Source: Octopus vulgaris (Eukaryota). From it: a stretch of 64,000 bases of DNA. The notes under the pieces were generated by a model. The model saw only the letters and a list, made by a program, of their open reading frames with translations, ran no database searches and was not told the origin of the DNA. The DNA lies in the NCBI GenBank assembly GCA_951406725.2, contig OX597826.1, positions 992,001 through 1,056,000 on the forward strand. The letters run 5' to 3'. Numbering within the stretch: position 1 is the first letter of the stretch; every line of letters begins with the position of its first letter. The translations under genes and the position numbers were made by a program. Below are positions 53,803 to 64,000 of this stretch, in pieces.

Positions 53803-56150
53803 AAACGTATGTATTTACACACACACAATATGTGTGTGTACAGAGACACATTCATTCAAGATGCAAGCCACTAATTCACTCTACTTTGCACTATACATAA
53901 ACCTAAGATACTGTGTCATTTGTGTATATATTTAGCAACACACAAATCTTTTAAACTGTTTATATACCACCACAATGTTTACTAGTTCTAAATATATCTC
54001 AGTGCAGCTCACTGCGTTAGTACAAATCACTGGTACACTGTGGAATATATTTAGAATGACGAAACAGTGTGGAAAGTGGAAGAGGAGAGGCGGAGGTGAG
54101 ATTACAAAATTACAAAACAATAGATTAGAATATTTACAGGAACAATTCTCTAGATCATCATTATTTTTGTCCAATTTTCCAATCTTGTATGAAATAGACG
54201 GAATTTGTTGAGGTTAAATTTTCTATGGCCTGATACCCTTCCTGTTGTCAACTCTCACCTGTTTCCAAGCAAGGTAGCATTTCCTTGTAACCTGACATTG
54301 TTTATAATAGAACACATTTACCCAAGGTGGCTAAACTGGGAATGAACCTGAAGCCACATGGTTGGTAAGCAAGCTTCTGAATGGCATGTGAGTGAGTTCT
54401 TTTATCCTGCTACTGGTTTCACTTTTCCAACTACAGACATATCAGGCACCTCTTCAGAATTTTGATTTAGTTGCTTATACTGACATAAGTAATATTAATT
54501 TCCACTTAAACGTGGATATTCTGCTCAATCTTTATTCTGCGGGAAACTCTCATATAGGCTTTTGGTGTAGATTGCACACTTGCTTGTTTATATTGCCAGT
54601 GGGGCAATAACACCCCGGCAACTCCAGTACTGAGGCCACCAGATCATGTGATTTCGATCTTCCTTGATCTCATCAGTGATGGATGCTCAACTGCAAGCAA
54701 TAGCAGTGACTCATCTCTCCACTAGCGATATATATAGAAAATCAGCACTAGAACAGGCACTGGCGTCACCTTAGCCAGTTAGCTTGTTAAAAAATAATAC
54801 TGCCTCTGTCACTAATATATATTCACAAGTATATTTGTTCATTTCTTTGATGTCCATGTTTTTGCCAAGCTAGCACAAGTTTGAGTAAAGGTAAAAGATT
54901 CCCTTTGGTCATGAATGACCATGGGATTGCACCTAGAAAGTACCCTTCCAAGGCACAAGTCTAGGGAAGGTTGTTTATGGAAGACCAGCAGTCACCCATG
55001 CATACCAGTCTTCTTCCCTCTCCACGCCACTGATGTTCTCCAAGGGAAAGGCAAAGACTGATACAGCTTGGCACCAGTGACATTATAAACCATTTCTACA
55101 GCTGAGTGAATTGGAACAATGTGAAATAAAGTGTCTTGCTCAAGAATACAACACACAGCCCAGTCCAGGAATTGAACTCACTACCTCATGATTGTGAGCC
55201 CAATGCTCTAACCACTGGGCCATGCACCTTCACCTAATACAGCATTTCTATGCAGGGAATTGAACCCAGGCCAACTAGGTGAAAGGGAAATTTATTCAAG
55301 TAAGGGATTTTTTTTATCCCACAAGTCTTTGAAAGCATAGAGTGACTGATCCTGTGAACAAGGGATGGCAGCATCAACAGTTTCACTCCAGTAATAATGG
55401 CCAAGCCAGAGTTATAACAGAAAGTACCCAAGATGCTTACACTGGGGACTCAACTTCAGACCATGTGATCACAAAGAAAATTCTTTAACCATACAGCCAT
55501 GCCTGCCTATGCTTTCTGAGTGACTTTTCTATGTAGTTTGTGGACTCCACACATTAGCCTATCAGGAGTTATGTAGGTTGTCATGAAACCACATCAAGCA
55601 TAGGAATGGAGATTAGAATTTATGTCCCATGCCCAAACCTTTTGGTAACAAGTTACACCTTCTGGCACACTCTTTCAGAACTTATAAAAACAACAATTAC
55701 AGCATGGAACACAAATAGTCATTCAAATACATCAACACTCAAAAATTTAATTTTACACAATCATATATTATTTTGCTTGCACTAACTGCTATTTGTTCAC
55801 GAACACAGTTCCACTACAAATAGTCAGTGACACCAAATAATAGATCATCATCATTGTCGTTTGATGTCCGCTTTCCATGCTAGCATGGGTTGGATGATTT
55901 GACTGAGGACTGGCGAACCAGATGGCTGCACCAGGCTCCAATTTTGATCTGGCAGAGTTTCTACAGAGATTTCTACAGAGATTCATATTCTCTGTAGCCG
56001 AAAACGGAGGGGAAGGTAGAAAATAAAATAAAATAGGGGGTGTTTTTTTTGGGGGGGGTACAAAAGGAAGTCTTGCCATATATATATATATTTCGTTTTT
56101 GGATTTGGTTTGCAAGATTCTTTATATGATTCCTGTGTTGAAGCATATTC

Positions 56151-56341
56151 TGTTGTGTCTGGGGAGAGTCATTTTCTTTTTGTGCCTTACAATTTAAAAC
56201 ACTCAATAGTCTTGACGATTGAAAAGGTTGCAAGACGCAACGAAAATTTTAGGAAAATGAAAATAAGAAATGGAAATTTTACCGGTGAGTATGTTAAATT
56301 ATAAGGCACAAAAAGAAAATTACTCTCCCCAGACACAACAG
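56151..56341. mobile_element. Foldback pLTR-like cassette with putative U3-A8 hammerhead remnant (related fragments 35230-35400 and ~22015-22065)
   Basis: Arms TGTTGTGTCTGGGGAGAGT..GTGCCTTA / TAAGGCAC..ACTCTCCCCAGACACAACA; TTGAAAA-G-GTTGC(AAGAC)GCAAC-GAAA at 56219-56245. Confidence 0.55.
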
Positions 56342-56490
56342 TATATATATATCCTGTTTGTGTTTCAATGAAATTCATAATGAAAGTATCATTCACAAGA
56401 GTTCAACCAAGTAAATGACCTGTACCGTATTTCTACGAAATGCAGACATCGGTCAAACAGTGCTCCCTCCGCTAAAAACAAACTTCAGAG

Positions 56491-56537
<47 letters not shown>

Positions 56538-56538
56538 A

Positions 56539-56573
<35 letters not shown>

Positions 56574-56582
56574 AAGAAAGAG

Positions 56583-56640
<58 letters not shown>

Positions 56641-58425
56641 TGGTCGAAGACACGAGTAAAGCGGGCAAAGGAGATAAATCATTAGTGCCACTGCCAAATC
56701 AATTACTTGACCAATTAAATCGGGATAATTAACTGATATTGACCTGCAGAGATGTGGGTGAATGGAAGATGTGGTGTTCATACTGTAGCATGGAAATGGT
56801 TGAGAGAGAGTTTCGATCACAAACTGACACAAAGGTTATAGATTCGTTTCATCGGTTCCGACAGCAACCACTGAGCGAACGTTTACTCGCAGAATATTCG
56901 GATTTTGTTGAGAAAGCAGTGGAATAATTTCTCCTCCGTTTCACAATTACGATGGCTTCTGATTTAGGCACAAGGCCAACGATTTTGACAGGAAAGGGTA
57001 TGTCGATACGATCGACCCCAGAACTTGATTTCGGAGGGATTTAAACTCAAAGCGTAAAGGAACAGATGCTCTTCATCATTTGTTCTGGGGTTTTGCAGAA
57101 TTGTTAGCGCGTCGGAAAGAACGCTTTACTCTCTCAGTTCAAATCCCTCCAAGGTCAACTTTGCTTTTCATTTTTCTGGGGTCGATAAAATAAAGTAGCA
57201 GTCGAGTGCTGAGATCGATGTAATCAACTCCCCCTCCACCTCAAAACTGCTGGCCTTGTGCCTAAACCAGAAGCTATTTTAATTTTATTTAAAAGATATA
57301 GTAGTTGGGGTTAATGCAAGGGTGACTCTACATGGTTATTCAAACTGCTAGAAATAGCAGCCAAATGACCCGCAAGTCGCCCTTTATCGTCTTAAATAAG
57401 AACATATTGCATAACATAAACCCTGAAAAGATGAGGTGATCACAGGTAGAATGCTTTTTCGCCATAGGTCTGCTCGATCAGGGTTGATCAACATCAACGG
57501 AGGACTGTAAAGACGAATGATTTCTTATATTGGTATGGTGAGAAGCCAGATCTGGCCAGTTTAAACATAAAACCTGTAGAATATTTTGGCCGAATATGGT
57601 AATTTTTATAGTAATTTTTGCTTCATACATAACCTTAGACTTAGCATTCTGCAAGCTAACTAAATTACTCAAAAACATCTGCTCATTGCATCCGTTTAAA
57701 ACTAAGTAAGCAGCTGTAGTGAGAGTCAATTGTCTCGGTCATAACTTATGTTTGTAGCCGGACATAAAGCAACTCTATTTGTTCATCAGTAGTTTTGTAT
57801 TAAAAGCTAGAGATTATTGTTAGAGTATTGGACAAAATACTTTGCAGAATTTTATATATGACACTTAATTACCAGAGTTTAAGTGTCAACTTTGCTTATC
57901 ATTCCTCCAAGATCAATAAAATAAAGGGCCATTACTGTACTAGGGTTGATTTAATTGACCAAATTTCTGCTTTGTGTCTGACTTACTAATTATTATTGAG
58001 AATGGGGACTAATTTCACATCTCTTTCTCCCCTTCCAAAAAATGATGGCTATTGTGCTTACGTTAGAAACCAGACTGGATTGCTAGAGCATTGAACAAAA
58101 TACTTTGTAGTTATATATTTACGATGCTATATGATCTGAGTTCAAATACCACTAAGGGTGAATTTGCCTTTCATTCTTCTGAGATTGATAAAATACCAAT
58201 ATACTAGGTGACAAAATCAGTTGGTTAGCTACTTACTGTATTTAGTCAGTGTTTTAGTTACCACCATTCCCATATTTGTGTATAAAATTTCTTTTCCAGA
58301 TTTTTAAAAGTTAGGGTTAGTGCATTATAACGCCTGAGAATTTAATGTTAATTTATTTTAGTATTCGGTATGACATTTCTCATATTTGGTATTACATGAA
58401 TGGAAGTTTTATATATATATATATT

Positions 58426-61400
58426 TTCTTCTCCAACAGCGGCTTCCGGCTTTCATATTCACAGCAAGTTGCAAAAACATTTTATCCCATTATCTTTCGT
58501 ACCTCATTCGTTACTATTGTTAAACGTCTGTACTCATACAATAACTGCTTCGTTTTTCCTATCTTTTCTCTACGAAATTTAACCCTGTTAATCCTTCAAT
58601 CCTTAATTTCCATCTTTTCCGCCATTCGTCTTCTTCTTTTCTTCTTCTTCTTCTTCTTAGTCGCCATTACGATTTACGGTTCCCAATTTTTAGACTTCCT
58701 TTCTTCTCCAACAGCAGCTTCCGGCTTTCATATTCGCAGCAAGTTGCAAAAACATTTTATCCCATTATCTTTCGTACCTCATTCGTTACTATTGTTAAAC
58801 GTCTGTACTCATACAATAACTGCTTCGTTTTTCCTATCTTTTCTCTACGAAATTTAACCCTTTAATCCTTCAATCCTTAATTTCCATCTTTTCCGCCATT
58901 CGTCTTCTTCTTTTCTTCTTCTTCTTCTTCTTAGTCGCCATTACGATTTACGGTTCCCAATTTTTAGACTTCCTTTCTTCTCCAACAGCAGCTTCCGGCT
59001 TTCATATTCGCAGCAAGTTGCAAAAACATTTTATCCCATTATCTTTCGTACCTCATTCGTTACTATTGTTAAACGTCTGTACTCATACAATAACTGCTTC
59101 GTTTTTCCTATCTTTTCTCTACGAAATTTAACCCTTTAATCCTTCAATCCTTAATTTCCATCTTTTCCGCCATTCGTCTTCTTCTTTTCTTCTTCTTCTT
59201 CTTCTTAGTCGCCATTACGATTTACGGTTCCCAATTTTTAGACTTCCTTTCTTCTCCAACAGCAGCTTCCGGCTTTCATATTCGCAGCAAGTTGCAAAAA
59301 CATTTTATCCCATTATCTTTCGTACCTCATTCGTTACTATTGTTAAACGTCTGTACTCATACAATAACTGCTTCGTTTTTCCTATCTTTTCTCTACGAAA
59401 TTTAACCCTTTAATCCTTCAATCCTTAATTTCCATCTTTTCCGCCATTCGTCTTCTTCTTTTCTTCTTCTTCTTCTTCTTAGTCGCCATTACGATTTACG
59501 GTTCCCAATTTTTAGACTTCCTTTCTTCTCCAACAGCAGCTTCCGGCTTTCATATTCGCAGCAAGTTGCAAAAACATTTTATCCCATTATCTTTCGTACC
59601 TCATTCGTTACTATTGTTAAACGTCTGTACTCATACAATAACTGCTTCGTTTTTCCTATCTTTTCTCTACGAAATTTAACCCTTTAATCCTTCAATCCTT
59701 AATTTCCATCTTTTCCGCCATTCGTCTTCTTCTTTTCTTCTTCTTCTTCTTCTTAGTCGCCATTACGATTTACGGTTCCCAATTTTTAGACTTCCTTTCT
59801 TCTCCAACAGCAGCTTCCGGCTTTCATATTCGCAGCAAGTTGCAAAAACATTTTATCCCATTATCTTTCGTACCTCATTCGTTACTATTGTTAAACGTCT
59901 GTACTCATACAATAACTGCTTCGTTTTTCCTATCTTTTCTCTACGAAATTTAACCCTTTAATCCTTCAATCCTTAATTTCCATCTTTTCCGCCATTCGTC
60001 TTCTTCTTTTCTTCTTCTTCTTCTTCTTAGTCGCCATTACGATTTACGGTTCCCAATTTTTAGACTTCCTTTCTTCTCCAACAGCAGCTTCCGGCTTTCA
60101 TATTCGCAGCAAGTTGCAAAAACATTTTATCCCATTATCTTTCGTACCTCATTCGTTACTATTGTTAAACGTCTGTACTCATACAATAACTGCTTCGTTT
60201 TTCCTATCTTTTCTCTACGAAATTTAACCCTTTAATCCTTCAATCCTTAATTTCCATCTTTTCCGCCATTCGTCTTCTTCTTTTCTTCTTCTTCTTCTTC
60301 TTAGTCGCCATTACGATTTACGGTTCCCAATTTTTAGACTTCCTTTCTTCTCCAACAGCAGCTTCCGGCTTTCATATTCGCAGCAAGTTGCAAAAACATT
60401 TTATCCCATTATCTTTCGTACCTCATTCGTTACTATTGTTAAACGTCTGTACTCATACAATAACTGCTTCGTTTTTCCTATCTTTTCTCTACGAAATTTA
60501 ACCCTTTAATCCTTCAATCCTTAATTTCCATCTTTTCCGCCATTCGTCTTCTTCTTTTCTTCTTCTTCTTCTTCTTAGTCGCCATTACGATTTACGGTTC
60601 CCAATTTTTAGACTTCCTTTCTTCTCCAACAGCAGCTTCCGGCTTTCATATTCGCAGCAAGTTGCAAAAACATTTTATCCCATTATCTTTCGTACCTCAT
60701 TCGTTACTATTGTTAAACGTCTGTACTCATACAATAACTGCTTCGTTTTTCCTATCTTTTCTCTACGAAATTTAACCCTTTAATCCTTCAATCCTTAATT
60801 TCCATCTTTTCCGCCATTCGTCTTCTTCTTTTCTTCTTCTTCTTCTTCTTAGTCGCCATTACGATTTACGGTTCCCAATTTTTAGACTTCCTTTCTTCTC
60901 CAACAGCAGCTTCCGGCTTTCATATTCGCAGCAAGTTGCAAAAACATTTTATCCCATTATCTTTCGTACCTCATTCGTTACTATTGTTAAACGTCTGTAC
61001 TCATACAATAACTGCTTCGTTTTTCCTATCTTTTCTCTACGAAATTTAACCCTTTAATCCTTCAATCCTTAATTTCCATCTTTTCCGCCATTCGTCTTCT
61101 TCTTCTTCTTCTTCTTCTTCTTAGTCGCCATTACGATTTACGGTTCCCAATTTTTAGACTTCCTTTCTTCTCCAACAGCGGCTTCCGGCTTTCATATTCG
61201 CAGCAAGTTGCAAAAACATTTTATCCCATTATCTTTCGTACCTCATTCGTTACTATTGTTAAACGTCTGTACTCATACAATAACTGCTTCGTTTTTCCTA
61301 TCTTTTCTCTACGAAATTTAACCCTTTAATCCTTCAATCCTTAATTTCCATCTTTTCCGCCATTCGTCTTCTTCTTTTCTTCTTCTTCTTCTTCTTAGTC

Positions 61401-63010
61401 GCCATTACGATTTACGGTTCCCAATTTTTAGACTTCCTTTCTTCTCCAACAGCAGCTTCCGGCTTTCATATTCGCAGCAAGTTGCAAAAACATTTTATCC
61501 CATTATCTTTCGTACCTCATTCGTTACTATTGTTAAACGTCTGTACTCATACAATAACTGCTTCGTTTTTCCTATCTTTTCTCTACGAAATTTAACCCTT
61601 TAATCCTTCAATCCTTAATTTCCATCTTTTCCGCCATTCGTCTTCTTCTTTTCTTCTTCTTCTTCTTCTTAGTCGCCATTACGATTTACGGTTCCCAATT
61701 TTTAGACTTCCTTTCTTCTCCAACAGCGGCTTCCGGCTTTCATATTCGCAGCAAGTTGCAAAAACATTTTATCCCATTATCTTTCGTACCTCATTCGTTA
61801 CTATTGTTAAACGTCTGTACTCATACAATAACTGCTTCGTTTTTCCTATCTTTTCTCTACGAAATTTAACCCTTTAATCCTTCAATCCTTAATTTCCATC
61901 TTTTCCGCCATTCGTCTTCTTCTTTTCTTCTTCTTCTTCTTCTTAGTCGCCATTACGATTTACGGTTCCCAATTTTTAGACTTCCTTTCTTCTCCAACAG
62001 CGGCTTCCGGCTTTCATATTCGCAGCAAGTTGCAAAAACATTTTATCCCATTATCTTTCGTACCTCATTCGTTACTATTGTTAAACGTCTGTACTCATAC
62101 AATAACTGCTTCGTTTTTCCTATCTTTTCTCTACGAAATTTAACCCTTTAATCCTTCAATCCTTAATTTCCATCTTTTCCGCCATTCGTCTTCTTCTTTT
62201 CTTCTTCTTCTTCTTCTTAGTCGCCATTACGATTTACGGTTCCCAATTTTTAGACTTCCTTTCTTCTCCAACAGCAGCTTCCGGCTTTCATATTCGCAGC
62301 AAGTTGCAAAAACATTTTATCCCATTATCTTTCGTACCTCATTCGTTACTATTGTTAAACGTCTGTACTCATACAATAACTGCTTCGTTTTTCCTATCTT
62401 TTGTCTACGAAATTTAACCCTTTAATCCTTCAATCCTTAATTTCCATCTTTTCCGCCATTCGTCTTCTTCTTTTCTTCTTCTTCTTCTTCTTAGTCGCCA
62501 TTACGATTTACGGTTCCCAATTTTTAGACTTCCTTTCTTCTCCAACAGCGGCTTCCGGCTTTCATATTCGCAGCAAGTTGCAAAAACATTTTATCCCATT
62601 ATCTTTCGTACCTCATTCGTTACTATTGTTAAACGTCTGTACTCATACAATAACTGCTTCGTTTTTCCTATCTTTTCTCTACGAAATTTAACCCTTTAAT
62701 CCTTCAATCCTTAATTTCCATCTTTTCCGCCATTCGTCTTCTTCTTTTCTTCTTCTTCTTCTTCTTAGTCGCCATTACGATTTACGGTTCCCAATTTTTA
62801 GACTTCCTTTCTTCTCCAACAGCGGCTTCCGGCTTTCATATTCGCAGCAAGTTGCAAAAACATTTTATCCCATTATCTTTCGTACCTCATTCGTTACTAT
62901 TGTTAAACGTCTGTACTCATACAATAACTGCTTCGTTTTTCCTATCTTTTCTCTACGAAATTTAACCCTTTAATCCTTCAATCCTTAATTTCCATCTTTT
63001 CCGCCATTCG
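58426..63010. repeat. 274-bp tandem array, ~16.7 nearly identical units
   Basis: TCCAACAGCA at 58981, 59255, 59529, ..., 60351 (period 274); only rare substitutions seen. Confidence 0.98.
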
Positions 63011-63025
63011 GCGGTGCCCCCGCCC

Positions 63026-63117
63026 TCCCACCCCCACCACCAATACCGGTGAACACTTCTCACCACCAATACCGGTGAACACTTCTCACCACCAATACCG
63101 GTGAACACTTCTCACCA
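63026..63117. repeat. Short ~26-bp triplicated motif
   Basis: CACCACCAATACCGGTGAACACTTCT x3. Confidence 0.85.
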
Positions 63118-64000
63118 TCTACACCGGATATGCCCTCCTCCCTCCTCCTCCCCCACCACCATTGCGTGTGTCTCTCCCTCCTACCCCTCCTTCACATATG
63201 CTTTCACTGTGTACTACCCCTTCCCCCCACCAAGTCAAGCTGCTAGTACCGCAGCTCATTAACTGCCCCACTGATCTTATGTTACCTCCTGTTTAGAATC
63301 TGGCACTGCCTCAATCCGACCATCTCCTTCCAGTCCCCCTCCCTGTCTCGTGATATCCTACGTTTTTATTTCTTCTGCACCAACCCTTTCCTTGTCATCG
63401 TTCCTCCTTACCCAACCTTCCCCACTGGTGCTTCCCTTTATTACCTGCACCCCCCCACTATCTCTCCCTCTCTTTCCACTGGTGGAACCTTTCTCAGCTA
63501 GACCCCCCCCAACTCAACTCTAGAAAAAGCTCGAACCGATCGTGACCGATGCCGGACCCCCCGGCCCCTGTGCAGGTGGCACGTAAAAAGCACCCAATCC
63601 ACTCGCGGAGTGGTTGGCGTTAGGAAGGGCATCCAGCCGTAGAAACTCTGCCAGATCAGACTGGAGCCTGGAGAGGCCTCTGGCTTCCCAGACCCCGGTC
63701 AAACCGTCCAACCCGTGCTAGCGCGGAAAACGGACGTTAAACGATGATGATGATGATGATGATGATGTATAAGGCCACAAATTTGTAAAGAAAGAAGCAT
63801 AGCCTTCTATTAGAATTCCATTCATATCTAGGACACATATAGGAATATAAATTGACACCAGTCTGACTTCAACTAAACTCTAACAGGAAATCTTACTGGT
63901 ACCCCTTGTCTCCCCCACTCCCGACAGATGAAACGAAATAAAGTTTGCATGCTATCCTAAATCCCGCCAACACAGAGATCTTTTTTTCTTTTCCTCACCC

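Noticed and set aside
58345-62691. Hydrophobic ORFs, hammerhead, 5S or snRNA within the 274-bp unit
   Set aside because: Period is not a multiple of 3 and ORFs break each unit; AATGAGGTACGAAA lacks the CUGA core and stems; no recognisable RNA family motifs

Overview
Eukaryotic, AT-rich, repeat-dense animal genomic DNA. The SINE families and microsatellite load suggest an octopus or other coleoid cephalopod; this is an inference. The only host gene I can support is a minus-strand SLC30A9/ZnT9 (mitochondrial CDF zinc transporter). I reconstructed eleven GT-AG coding exons between 32810 and 2506 with consistent phases; the first coding exon is uncertain and the 3' exons lie left of the window. 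The rest is tRNA-derived SINEs, RTE and CR1 LINE fragments, a 5'-truncated Penelope-like element (RT + GIY-YIG), mariner elements, MITEs, Helitron derivatives, long microsatellites, a 47-bp minisatellite (~3.6 kb, with an assembly gap) and a very homogeneous 274-bp tandem array (~4.6 kb). The most interesting hidden signal is six type I hammerhead-ribozyme motifs from unrelated sequence families. They have canonical CUGANGA cores, U3-A8 compensatory cores (UUGAAAA) or a CUGUUGA variant. Five sit in non-coding foldback cassettes with inverted arms of roughly 50-135 bp, and one lies in the Penelope 3' pLTR. Most ORFs in the supplied track are microsatellite or SINE artefacts.
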